A stretch of 63,591 nucleotides of DNA, counting the filler, from Reticulomyxa filosa (taxonomy: Eukaryota; Protista; Foraminifera): NCBI GenBank assembly GCA_000512085.1. It is 21 parts of 21 records of this genome, joined end to end, with 100 filler letters (N's around TTAATTAATTAA, not from the genome) between each part and the next. Parts side by side here need not be neighbours in the genome. Positions count along the whole stretch, not along the records: positions 9,896 to 12,881 come from ASPP01003612.1; positions 12,982 to 22,936 come from ASPP01004452.1; positions 23,037 to 26,799 come from ASPP01009308.1; 18 more parts are not named here. One strand, written 5' to 3'. Below, in pieces: positions 12,791 through 25,681 of the stretch. A program made the position numbers and the translations under genes. A model generated the notes under the pieces. That model did not search any database. It saw only the letters and a program-made list of their open reading frames with translations, and had not been told where the DNA came from. Every line of letters starts with the position of its first letter. The first letter of the stretch is position 1.

Positions 12791-12999
12791 GCTGCAATTG
12801 TGATTAAATTTAGAATTTTTTTCTCTTTGATTTGTACAAGAAAGAAATTGTTTTTAACTTTGTGATACTTTTATCAATATTNNNNNNNNNNNNNNNNNNN
12901 NNNNNNNNNNNNNNNNNNNNNNNNNTTAATTAATTAANNNNNNNNNNNNNNNNNNNNNNNNNNNNNNNNNNNNNNNNNNNNGATGTTTTCACACTCACT

Positions 13000-15900
13000 C
13001 CATTTATCGCTTGCAAATTTTCTTGCATTTTCGACTGCTTTTTGTTTGATACTGGTCCACCACATCTTTTTTTTTTTTTAATGTCTGTGTGACATGACTC
13101 GATCTAAAAAAAAATGAAAACAGACCATATGATTCATTTTGAATCGATGAATAACAATTTACTGGCATCTTCGTCGGAGCTTGGTATCTTTTGTTTATAT
13201 TGTTTATATAAAATGTTTGCTGAAATGGTCAGGCTTCACGCATTTGGTTTTGTGAAACTTATTCCAAGCTTCATTCTCAAAGGCAACCACTTGCTGTTTT
13301 TCGTTCCAATAGTGCTGTCCTTGTTGCCGCGCTGTCGCTTATCCCATTGCTACTCCAATCTGTTATCAAATATACTTACTACTTTCCGAAATCCAAATAG
13401 AGCAATACTTGAGTATTGCAGGGCACTGCGGAGGAGGTCATGTCCTGCCCAGACCATGGAACAGTTTCAGATGTGCCCCAACACAAGGCGTTGTTCCTAA
13501 TCCTTGCAGGATCGATGCATATTTGGAGAATGGAGTGGAAACTTCTTGCAACATCCGCCCAATATTGCATCACCGTTTTCTTTCACCGTTATTTCACCTT
13601 TCAACACTTGTCAAGAGTTTGGACTCACCGGCTGAACGTCAAATTTTCAAAATGCAGTAATTGGAATGCACAACAGCAATAGGTGTTGTATCTTGAGTAA
13701 TTGACAGCAGGTATGTGTTTGACGAGGTTTGCAATCACTTCCGAAACGAATGGTAAGTCAATGGAGCAGGTGAACCGTCATGTTGCACGATGGGTTAGTC
13801 AACTCGCTGCTTGTGTTCACTCGCTAGACATCGTGGTATGATGCTACTGATGGCAATACTACGATTGATACATATTCAACCTGACCGTTAAGTGTGGCAA
13901 CTGAGTAAAGATCTTCACCATGCTATCCAAATACAAGGCTCACGATCGTCACATTCGGGGTCATCGCTTGATGATGCACCTCCTCATCATTCATCATCAG
14001 ATTCATTTCCTCGCAAACATCGAACCAATATTCATTCACACATCGTGAATCTTTACCGTGCAATTCGTATAACCTTAGTCCAAAGTATTGACACTTGCCA
14101 TGAGTAACTTCGACTTCACAGACCCATCCTCGGTTAATTCTGTTTGTGAATCTATCAGGTCCATATATCTTTGGTCACAAAGCCAATGCACAAGTCCGTT
14201 GCAAGGAATTTGTAAAAACAATTTCTCCAATGGCACTGGAACTTGGGTTGGATTGTTGTTCAAATACGACTTCTCGCATACACCGACTTGGTTTGTATAT
14301 ACGTACGATCTTTGGAGCTTTAAACTATAATCGATCAATCCAATGCCCATTCAGCTTCGTCATTTTTCAAAGTGCTTCCAGGCACTACAATTTGCTGCTC
14401 TCCCCTCATCACATTTCTGTTGTTGGAATTCCCGTTGGACTAGGCAGGACTGCTTGTTGGATGATAGGTTGGTTTGCTTGTATGGCTTTGTGTTGAATGT
14501 TGGAGTTGGACTATACGTTGGGGAATCGTAGGATTGTTGGACTGTACGTCGGACCCAAGTAAGTGAATACGTCGGACTATCGTAGGACGATGTTAGACTA
14601 ATGTTGGGCTTAAGTAGAACCAGTATGACTTAAGTCGGCTGTCCGAGGACGAATGTCGGACATACGTTGGCGCATATTATGGACTGATATTGGGCTTATG
14701 TGACTGTTGGTAGGAGCATTGGTTGGTCTTGGCGTTGGACTGTAAGTCGGTGGATTTGTGGATTTGGGGGGAATGGCTGGACTTTCCGTTGGGCGTATGT
14801 CGGACCATATGTTGATGAATACGTTGGCTGAATGTGGGTGCATTTGTTGGACATTCCGTTGGATTATAGTTGGGCTGAAAGCAGGACTTTCGTACATTAT
14901 TTGTGGACTAAGTCGGTTCGATGTCGGTGAATATTTTGGCGAATACTCGACTGTGTAGAGCGTTTGAGACTTGGCGTTGGACTGTACGTTGGGCTGATGT
15001 CGGACTGAAAGTAGGTGCATTCGTCGGCAATGTTGATTGGCTGTTGGAAAAGGTTGGCTTTGTTGGATTTGGTGTTGGCTGTTTGTTGGACTTTCCAGTC
15101 GGACTATATGTTGGAGCGTTTGTTGGGCGTAGGCGGGGCACCTGTTGGAGAGTAAGTTGGGCATTTGTTGGACTAAAGTCGGACTGATGTTGGCGCATTG
15201 GCTGGGTTTGGAGTCGGTTTGTTGGGCAAAGTCGGGCTCTCCTTGTGCTTCCATTGGTGTATGTCGGACTATACACCGACAGTCCGATATTAGCCCGAGT
15301 TAGAGTAAGTTGGAGAAATATTGGAGTATTCGTTGATGTGGAGTGGTGAGTCAGTTGGAAAATATGTTGGTGATTGTGTTAAGCATTCGTTGGAGCGTTT
15401 GTTGGACTGTACGTTGGAGCGCTGTTGGTGAAAAAGTCGGTGAATAAGTTGGGAATGAGTTGGACTATAAATCGGACTGTCATCGGGGAATATGTTGGCG
15501 AGTTGGTTGAATCGTTGGAGAGCCAAAGTTGTGAATACGTTGGAGCGCCCGTTGGAGAATAAGTTGGACAGTCAGTTGGCGAGTATGTTGGTGCATCTGT
15601 TGGCGAAGCGGCAGTGAGTACACGAAGGGCGGATGTTGGAGCATCCGTTGGAGCACCCGTTGGTGAAAAGTTGGAACATCAGTCGGTGACGTGTCAGGAC
15701 ATTTGTTGGAATACGTTGGAGCGTCAGTTGGAGAAAGGTTAGCGAGTATGTCGGAGAAACTGTTAGTGCATCCGTGGAATACGTTGGTGACTGTTGGCAC
15801 ATCCGTCGGTGAAAAGTTGAGGAGAATAGGCACTCCCGTTGCGAATATGTTGGCAATGCGTTGGCATTGGTCGTGACTCCGTTGGCGAATAAGTCGGGAG

Positions 15901-18300
15901 TACGTGGGCTAATGTTGGGCTTTGCATTGGGCGTCAGTTTACGAATACGTTGGAGAAAATATTGGTGACCCGTTGGCGAGTATGTCGAAGAATATATTGT
16001 GATTGCGTTAGTGCATTGGTTGACGACTCCGTTGGCGCATTCATTGGTAAAAAGTTGGCGGGTGTCGGGCTAATGTTGGAGCTATGTTGGGAATGTTGAA
16101 GATTGTCGCACGTTGGCAAATAAGTGGGACTAAATGTTGGTGCATCAGTTGGTGAATTGTTGGAGATGTTGGTGAGTAAATTGTGGAAAATGTCGGCGCA
16201 TCCGTTGAGAAAAAGGTGGTGACTGCGGAGTGCGTTGGTCGGTGGCTCCGTTAGCGTATTTGTTGAATACGTTGAGTTGGCACACTCGTTTGTGAAAAGT
16301 TTTATGACTAAATGTCAGGGCCCAGTTGGAGAATAGGTTGGACAGAATGTCGCGAATCGTTGGCAGTTGGCGAATTAGACTGAATGTCGGAGCACCAGTC
16401 GGCGAATGTGTTGGGGCGTCAATCGGTGAATACGTTGGAGAAAAGATTGACTTTGTGTTGGAGCATCCGTTGGCAATACTTTGGTGAGCGTACTGGGAGA
16501 ATGTCGGCATCCGTTGGCGAATAAGTTGGAGACTGCATGGGTGCATATTAGTCGGTGACTCCGTTAGCACATTCATTGGTGAATATGTTGTCGAGTATGT
16601 GGACTAATGTTGGGGCGCTCGTTGGAGAATAGAGTTGAAGGTTGGTGCATCCGTTGGCGAATAAGTTCGACTGAATGTTGGGGCATCAGCTGGTGAATGT
16701 TGGAGCGCTTGTTAGGGAATAGTTGGCAAATATGCTGTACTGAACGTCGTGGATGTGTCGGCGCGCTTGTTGGTGCCAAAGTTTCAAGTTTGTGTTGATC
16801 AACAAGCTGATGCCATTTATTTGGTCACATCAAGTTGGGTTATCAAACAAACGATCATGCGAACCCGTCGTCTGATTTCCATGCTCGTCAAGCCCTACGA
16901 CCAAACATGTATAGTCCGTTGATTTTGTTAAGTGCCACTCACGTAAACAGAACATGGTTGCCTTTAATCGCCAAAATCCAACTCTTTCTGCATCATAAAG
17001 TGGAATGCCATGAGTGCGTGGCAAGCTGAACCACAAATTGGATAAATGACAGATCGTGCAACTTCGAATATTTCGCCGTCTTTGATCGCTTATTCTTTTT
17101 TGGCTACCAACATTCCAATGCATCACCGATTCCATCATCAAAATCATGCTCAATGAAACAGTTTATGGAGCAACTGTATTTTTGCCACATAACTCATCGA
17201 CAATCAAAATGACATCTTCGGAATTTCACACACGTTGGAAACGAAGTTGGACGTCTGGTGGTTGGTGTCTTGTTGGGCTTTTGTGGGATGCTTGGTTATA
17301 AGTTTTGTCGGATGTTTCGCTGGATGATTGTCTGTTAAGTCAAAACGTATATTGAACATATTTTAACCAAATAAAAAAATGCTACTAGTTGCACAAAAAA
17401 CAAAACTTGGTTTGCCACATAAGAATGTCAAAGATCGCCAGTTCTTCAAGGTGATGCTTGGTTGGCGGTGACAATACGTTGACTGTCGCTTGCGATATCA
17501 CAGCTAATTCCATGCTGCGACTAAATGCGTGAGTCAGTCAAGTCCACGTTGTTTTATTTGTGCTTCCGGCGGTTGTCCACTCAATGACTTATCATGAAAG
17601 ATTGTTTCAAAAAATGCCAACTGAATACTGTGTCTTGGTCCGTATCACCAGTATTAAAAAGATGATGTTTCCGATACATTCGTCCCAACAATTGTTGTTT
17701 GGTGCCTTTGTTCGCTTAGTAATAAAGTCATATGCTCCTTGATTCGAATAACATGATGTGCTAATGCATTGGCAGTATTGATTTGGCAAGTTGTTTGGAA
17801 GCATTTGAGCTATATGTCATATCAATTAAAAAAAAATTTTAATATTCGTTATTTGGGACATTTAAAAATTTTTTTTTAAAGGAATGTACCAGTAGCATAT
17901 CTCAACAAAATTGATAAGGATACCAAAATTCAGTGAATATCCAATCTGGAGTCATGCGGACGTAAACTTGACCAGAGTTCTTGAAATAACGAAATATTGT
18001 TTCTATGCAAATTTTTTTTTGCAAACCAAAAAGGTTACACGTATAATGAAAAAAAAAGGATAATTTTTAATATATATACGTTTTTGTTTTGATACCCCTT
18101 TTGCTTGCAATTTTTTGACATGAAATGAACACGTTTATAACTTTGTGAATCCCAAGTTTTGAAAGAAGATTCGCCAACTGTAAAATAATTGATTGTACCG
18201 GTCTACCCACCAGTTGTCACCATCGGGATCTAACTGTGAACAGGTGCTTGATATTGTTGTTCCAGGTATTATTATGACTTTCTGTGCAGAACCTATTTTT
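13000..18300 (-). pseudogene. Large, heavily frameshifted gene for a PT-repeat (mucin-like) extracellular protein
   Basis: GC-elevated coding-like blocks are separated by AT-rich intron-like spacers (e.g. ~17340-17400, ~17820-17890). There is a central PTxxPT array and Cys/Trp-containing flanks. No long ORF survives. Confidence 0.65.
14490..16790 (-). repeat. Degenerate 12/24-nt coding tandem repeat (SPTxxPTxSPT)
   Basis: GTTGG/GTCGG recurs about every 12 nt on the + strand. Minus-strand ORF pieces read PTNAPTYSPT, PTDSP and PTHSPTGAPT. Confidence 0.85.
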
Positions 18301-19539
18301 TTAAACAAAAAAAAACAACCATTTTTATGTGAAGAAAGCTATATTTTTTCCCCAACCATTGACTTTTCCTAGATATTAAAAAAACTTTTTTTTGGAAAAA
18401 CAAAGTGCGTGCATACAAAAACAAAAAAACACGGAAAAATTCTTGCAAATTAACTGCTTACAACGCTAAATATCAACAAAAGAATTTCGTTCACTGAATT
18501 GCTTTCTTTTTTTTTCGCAAACATTTCGCAATGCAAACGAAGAATAACTTTTGTCACGGTTTAAAACAAACAAAAGTTGAATGAAACAAAAAAAGTAAAA
18601 AAGTGCAATGAAACGGTATAATAAACCACAAAAATAAGACAACGGAACACTGAAACTAAAACTCACCAAAAGGGGAGCGCAGGGTGAAAAGTCTCGTTGG
18701 ACAAAAAATAGTAAATTTTTTAGTGCATTTTCGTTTGTTCCAGATGTAAATATATGGAAACGTGCAAGTGTTTATGAAGCTACATATATTTGACTTTGAT
18801 AAAAATTCTTGCAATGAAAAATGTGATAAATTACCATCTCAATTATAAAACAAGTCCAATGTATCCAGCAAAATTAAAAATTGTTTAAATTTATTTTCAC
18901 AAGTATCCAGTGATTAAAAATAAGAATCCCTAAAGCAAGTGCACAAAGCTAGTGACAGAAAATAACTGTCTGAGTCCATAGACCCCATTTCGTGCGTGTT
19001 ATGATTGGCGATTATGATCCATTCATTTTCTTTGGAGCCAGTGTCTTTTGTCATTGTATCACACGTTTCCTTGTTCCTTGCAATAGAATCCACAGCGACT
19101 TTGTCAGTCATGCCATCGTAGTTTATGTGTCATTGTCGTTACCGTTGTCACTATTCTCTGAGTGGATTGCAATAGTGTAATATCACTCTTGTGCCTACCG
19201 AGCTCTTCCATCAAACCGATTATCTTTTGTTGCAACTGACGATTTTCATCCTCACATTTCTTTTTTTCTTTTTCATCGTTTCTGCAAATTTTGCTTGCGC
19301 TTCATCCATTTCTTTTTTGTGTTTTTGCAACGCGTCTGTATACATCTCTTTTTTTTTTGAAGTAGTTTGGAGGCAGAAAAAAGATGGAGTGAAGTTATCA
19401 ACGTGATATATCTTTGTCAAACGTCTGTCTTAAAGTGTGATTGATATAATTGATTTATTTAATTTTTATTGTTCTTTAATTTAATAAATCACGCTTCTTT
19501 TAAAGTGAAAGAATCTTTTCTACAAGTGCATAATAATAT

Positions 19540-19940
19540 TTGAAATCTCTTCTTTTTGGGAAAAAAGAAATTTTACAAATATTTAATTTTTAAAAAAAAT
19601 GAGTAATAATAACAATAACGATGAAATATCTTCTTTTTGGGGAAAGAAGGAAAAGGGATATGAAAATATCTTATTTAAAAAAGAAAATGGGAAATGTATA
19701 ATTGTCAATATACTTAAATAATGATGGAATATCTTCTTTTTGGATGAAAAAAGACAGAGTTTTAATGTAAAAAATTTGGAAATGATAGAAATATCTGTTT
19801 TTGGGGAGATATGAAAGTTTTAATTTTGTATTTTAAAAAAAAGAAATAAATTATTTATTTTAGTGGAAATATTTGTTTTAATTTAAGAAAATTTGAAGAA
19901 AGAAATAATAAAAATAATGAATAGAAATATTTCTCTTTAA
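19540..19940. repeat. Degenerate dispersed direct repeats (GAAATATCTTCTTTTTGGG)
   Basis: Related copies occur at about 19541, 19623, 19726, 19788 and 19924 in AT-rich DNA upstream of the eRF1 relic. Confidence 0.55.
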
Positions 19941-20151
19941 AAAAAAGCATATCATCAATTTTGCAATAAATAATAAATAGTCTTTTAGTGGAGAATTTTA
20001 ATTTTAAAAAATAACTGATTAAAAAAAATGTACAAGATATTTAATGTAAGTTATTTTGTTTTAAGGGATGGGGTAATTTTGTACAACAAAAAAAAGGGCT
20101 TTCAGTTTTTTTGTTGTTTTATTAAAAGAAGAAAAATTTAAGAAAATAACT

Positions 20152-20966
20152 ATGGCAAAAAAGCCAGGTGATTCAAATTCAAGTGAACATGATACACTCG
20201 TTGAACAATGGAAAATAAAAAATTTAATTAAACACTTATCACAAGCACGCGGAAACGGAACATCAGTGATATCATTAGTAATACCAAAAGATCAAATATC
20301 AAGAGTACAAAAAATGTTACAAGATGAACATGGAACAACACCAAATATAATATCAAGAGTAAATCGTTTATCTGTATTATCAGCTATAACAAGTGCAAGA
20401 GAAAGATTAAAATTATATAATAAAGTACCTAAAAATGGTTCAGTTGTATATTGTGGTACAGTAATGACAGATGATGGAAAAGAAAAAAATATCAATAATT
20501 TTGAACCATTTAAACCTATAAATACATCATTATATTTATATGATAATAAATTTCATGTAGAACCATTAAATGAATTATTAGAAAGTGATACTACATTTGG
20601 TTTTATAATAATGGATAGCAATGGTTGTTTATATAGTACATTATCTGGTAGTACAAAAATTTACAGTAGAATTACCTAAACAAGCATGATAGATGTGGAC
20701 AATTATCAGTACGTTTTGTTAGATTACGTATGGAAAAAAGACATAATTATGTACGTAAATGTGCAGAAACTGCTACACGACATTCTATAACAAATGATTT
20801 ACCTAATGTAAAAGGTTTAGTATTAGCTGGTAGTGCTAATTTTAAAAATTATCTATTTAATAGTGATATTTTAGAGTGTAGATTGAAAGCTATTGTTATT
20901 AAAATTGTTGATACTTATTATGGATTAAGTAAAGATGCTTCAATGGATTATATTAACTTGATTTAA
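20152..20966 (+). pseudogene. eRF1: Eukaryotic release factor 1 pseudogene, N and M domains only
   Basis: Recognisable segments: [57 protein letters not shown]. There are frameshifts at ~20655-20682, NIKS reads NIIS, YxC reads YLY, GGQ reads CGQ, and the C domain is missing. Confidence 0.93.
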
Positions 20967-21095
20967 ATTGTTTTTTTGTTCATTCTGATTCAAATTCACA
21001 ATGACATAGTCAAATAATGGAATGTTACAAAAATGTATATACAGTACTTTGCATTTCTTTTTGCGAACTATTGTAATTTTAAGTTGAGTGAAAGA

Positions 21096-22830
21096 TTAAA
21101 TTATTACAAGTTCTTTTTTAATAAACAACATAAACTTCAATTTTGCAATTACAGATAATGTCTTTTTATGAGTAGCTCCAAATCTTGGGTGAAAATTGAA
21201 TACAGCATTTTCATAATTTTCGATAGCTTTGCTTTTGTTTTCAAGTTTTTCATAGGCAATACATAAACTCTTGTACAAATCCCCAAGTGCAGCATACTTA
21301 CTATAATATCTTGCAAAGAATCTTAATCCTTTTTTGTTACAATGAATTGATTTTTCATACTATCCTTTCTTTTGAAGTGTAATGCCGACGTCACAATAAT
21401 AGCATCCAAGATCTTCATCTTGCATTTACGTGAAATACATGATTGGAATATTATTATCTTGCATATCAAATGACAATCAATTACATATACACGTCCATAA
21501 ATAGTCATTTTTTCAAATGTAACATTTCTGTAATGAAACAGAGCATAGTAAAAACACCAAAAAAATATTTTTGTTTCATTGGATTTTGTTTTTCCTTCAT
21601 TTCCATTGATATAATTTTATCCAGTCACCAACTCCAACTTTTGTAATATGTCAACATATAATCTAAATTACTTGCCACTACAATAATCCATGTTGTTTCT
21701 GTTCTACATTTCTGTTAATATTGTTTTAGCTTTTTATATGGCTTGTATCCAAGTTAAATCTGTGTTTTCGATGTATCTATCTTCAAAATGTCCCTATCAT
21801 AAGAAGAACAAATTTTGATCATTTTTGTCTATTTTCTTTCATGAATTTTTCTTTAATTATAATTCATACACTCGATCATCAAATTAAGGGAAACATTATT
21901 ACAGTCATCTTCTGTTAATTGTTCATACAATAACTTTGTAAACATAGAACCAGTACTTCCAGCAGGATCATTATTCATTAAATTTGTAATAAAAAATACA
22001 TTTGATCCTGAGAGTTTATTGCATGATTTAGTTTCATTAGTTTTTATTACAAATGATATTTTTGATTCAATAAAATTTTGAACCGTCATTTTTGATCTTT
22101 ATGTAAACCTTGGAGTGATATCTTCATATGCATACTCCAATGTCTATATTTACCATCACTAATTATCAATACACCCGTTTCATCACATAATAACCACGCC
22201 AAATATATATCAATCCGTCATAAGTTGGTAGTAAAAAAAAATTTAATTTGTTATTGCAAGTGTTGCCATTTGATTCAACGTTTGGTGTTGTTTTGGAGTG
22301 CTCTTGATATTGGACGTATAGCAAAATCAATTGCAAAGATAACTGCTTTGTTTCTTTTGAGTACAAAAGCAAGTTGCTGTGGATAATCTTTTTCACAAAC
22401 TTTTCTATTATTATATTTTAATAACGTCCATTTATTGCTATTTTTTGTCTTGAATCCTTTGTACAACTTTTTTAAATCACGCGCATTGAGTAATATTTTA
22501 AGCAAAATTTCCTTTCGTTAGTGTTCGTTCATGTGATCTTTTGTTTTTACTTTCATTTGCTTACTTATTTTCTTTTTTCCACTCTTGACACAAATTATAC
22601 TAATGTACTGTTTTTTTGATCGTTTTCGTGTTTCTGTGTCAAATTGTTTTTTTAATTTGAGAACACTACTAAACTGTACATCGAATAAAACACTTAATCA
22701 GTGGTTCCTTTTGAATACTCTTCAGCGTTCAAAAATGTCTCCAAACATATCTCCACATTTTGTCGCGAGATCTTCTTTCAACTTGTTATTTGTCAAAATT
22801 TCTGCTGGAATCGTCTCAGCGACATAATAA
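21096..22830 (-). pseudogene. Decayed caspase-like-domain + TPR repeat gene
   Basis: Fragments in order: YDGLIYIWRGY..VLIISDGK, GSMFTKLL, (H)GL.VVASN, IYGRVYVIDC, then TPR-like LYKSLCIAYEKLENKSKAIENYENA..FGATHKKT. There are multiple stops and frameshifts. Confidence 0.45.
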
Positions 22831-23099
22831 ATAAATATTTTTTTTTAGATCTTTTTGCAAATTATTTGACTATTCACTTTATATCTTCGCAAAACATCGC
22901 AAAAAAAACCTTTTTTCGAAGACAAAAAACATTTTTNNNNNNNNNNNNNNNNNNNNNNNNNNNNNNNNNNNNNNNNNNNNTTAATTAATTAANNNNNNNN
23001 NNNNNNNNNNNNNNNNNNNNNNNNNNNNNNNNNNNNTTTTTTTTTTGATCTGTTGAAATGAACGCATACAAACCCTGACCCCTTTTTTGTTTTTTTTAG

Positions 23100-24519
23100 A
23101 GGATATAAACGAGGCTGGTGAAGATGTGGGAACTCCTTCAACCGAGTTGAACCACGGCATAGATGTAGACAACGCAGAGTCGAAAGAAAATGACCCCGCT
23201 TCCAGCAAACCCGCATCTTCTGCGAAAGGCGCCAAAAACTTTTTGTCGAACAAAATAACTGCTTTGCGTATGGAAAGAGACGAAATAAAACAGCAGATGG
23301 ACGCATTGCAACTCCAATTCAAAGATGCCAACTCTGCCCACGAAGCAAATGTCGATGAAATGAAAACCAAAATTACGGACTTGCAACAACGCAATACGCA
23401 ATTGACTCAGGAATTGGAAAGTGCCCAAACGCGCTTAAAACAGTTAAACACCGACAACGAAGAGTTGAAAAATGCGTTGGCGAGCAGACCTGCTGTTGCT
23501 GCTAAAGAGGCGGAGAAGCCAAACGCTGAAGAGGAACAGAAACAAGCTCATCTTGATGATGACTTTGATGTCAATGAAATCGTACAAAAAGTAAAAAATA
23601 TGGCCGATCAAGATCCACAATTCGCATCTCCAGTTTCTTTTTTTGTTTTTGTTTTTTTGTTGGGTGAAAGTTGTAATTGATTGGTGGCGCATAGAATAAC
23701 GCGACTGACTGGACTCAAGACGAAGTATGCTTTTGGCTGTACCAAATGCAAGTCGAAATGTATATCCCTCGCTTTTTGAAAATGGGCATTGACGGAAACA
23801 TTTTGATTGGAGACGTCAATGAAAAATGGCTAAAAGAAGACCTGGGAATTGCAAAATTGCATATCACCAAAATTTTGAGAGAACTGGAAAGACTACGTGC
23901 TCACACAAACAAATCGAGCAATGTTGCAATTTCCAGTTGACTTTTTATTTTTTTTATTTTGTTGTAATTGTTTGTAACGCTATGTTAATCAATTATATTC
24001 ATGCCTTTGGCAAACAAAAATCAGATACCTCAGAACAACAAGCTGTCCAAGTTCTTGAATTAACCAAACAATTAAAAGAAGAACGAGAACTGACACAGGC
24101 GTATGAAACAGAGATTGCTCAATTGAAAGCAGAATTAGAAAACAATGACCCACTCACTGTTCGCTTGATAGCACACAACTTTTTTTTTATTCCTTATAAC
24201 ACATATATGTATATACATATATAGACATTTATACACCATGTTATATTTTTCATTTTTGGGAGGTCATCTTTTCTAACATATAACAAAAAATACATATGTA
24301 TTTGACTACTAGTGGGAAAAAAAACTGAAACAAATGGAATCACTTATTGATTTTGAAAGAAAGAAAAAAGTGGATTCCTTGAATCTGCTCACCGAAGAAA
24401 TGAACTCCTATCGTGTGGCGACAAAAGTCATGCAACAAGAAATCAACTGGCTAAGAGAGCAAACCAACAAACATCCTCTAGACATGGTTGTAGGAGTCTT
24501 AGGATATAAACGAGCATAA
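23100..24519 (+). CDS. Coiled-coil + SAM domain protein (5' truncated)
   Basis: In-frame exons ~23100-23632, 23695-23936, 24025-24158 and 24313-24519. SAM signature DWTQDEVCFWL..YIPRFLKMGIDGNILI..LKEDLGI..HITKILREL, with heptad coils on both sides. Confidence 0.85.
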
Positions 24520-24957
24520 CTCCATTCGCAATTTGACTGAAAAAAGTTTTTACGTTTGTTTTTTTCCCACCAAAAAAAAATTGAAAAATTGTTGTCAGGA
24601 AAAACAAAAAAGATTGCCAGGATTGTGCTGTGAAATATTTTGTTACTTGTTTCCGATTTTTGTTGTTTCGTGTAAAAAGAACTTTTGAGATTTTTTTGTT
24701 TTTTTTCCTCCAAAAAATGTGGCCAAAATTTTTTTTGAAGCCTGCTTTTTTGTGTTTTGGTTTGACGTTTGCACCATTATGTGGTGGATTTTTTTCAACA
24801 TAATTTTATATTGAAGCCGTTTCAAAAAAAAAGGTCTTATTATATTCAAAATATCGTATGCTCTTATCACAATTTTAATTACTTGGTCACATCTGTGTCA
24901 CTCTGCATAATAGTGAACGTTGCATTTTAGTAGGAAACGGGACACTGTGTTAATCCT

Positions 24958-25188
24958 TTACATAACCAGACATTTATCTGAGCTAGTAGCGTCTTTTGGT
25001 TTCAGTGGATCTTCAGTCTGCACGATAAAATCAAAAATTTCTTTTGCTGCTACATTTGGATCTTCAGCCTTTTCCATGTCTTCCAAAACTTTTTTAAGCT
25101 GCCCTTTTTCTGCATAAGCCCTCAACACTCGTCGATCTGCGATATATTCGATCGAGTTTGGTTGCTCTTCGTTCGATTGCGAAGCCAT
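24958..25188 (-). CDS. Heterotrimeric G-protein gamma subunit (76 aa)
   Basis: Short helical protein with AAKEIFDFIVQTEDPL (GGL-type DPL motif) and a C-terminal CaaX box CLVM. The ORF is single-exon and intact. Confidence 0.78.
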   Translation of the reverse strand: MASQSNEEQPNSIEYIADRRVLRAYAEKGQLKKVLEDMEKAEDPNVAAKEIFDFIVQTEDPLKPKDATSSDKCLVM

Positions 25189-25681
25189 TCGATTTGAAGG
25201 ATTTGTTACAAATCTTCGAAAACAAGAAAAATTCCTTTTTTCTCCCCCTAATTACTGAGCTTTAACTAGTTACGGCATGTTTGAGTAACGAATCTTTAAA
25301 ACTGTTGCCATGTCAGCTTGATTTGTAAAGTCAATTGAGCTGTTTGGCTGACCCTATTTAATTTTTAAATGAAAGATAGCTATTGACAAACAAATCAATA
25401 ATTTTTGATTATAAATTGTAATTAAATTGCAACGCCTTTAGCCAATGAATTCTTCAAGTGCTTTGTCAAAAAATGTATTTACAATTCAGTCATTCACTGA
25501 AGCGTCAGTCAAGACGAAACAAAAAAGCAAGATTAATTGACAGGGCAAACAAAACAAAAATGAAGTGGTTATGCAATTTACAGAGAAAAACAACAATGGC
25601 GATGGCAATCACCAACAAGTAAGATAGATTAGGCTTGTGTATAATATTTCCCCAACAGTTGGGGAAGGAATTTTCTTAGTA

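Noticed and set aside
14490-16790. GTTGG-periodic region as a CRISPR array or telomeric repeat
   Set aside because: There is no constant repeat-spacer structure and no cas genes. The periodicity is explained by Pro-Thr codons on the minus strand.
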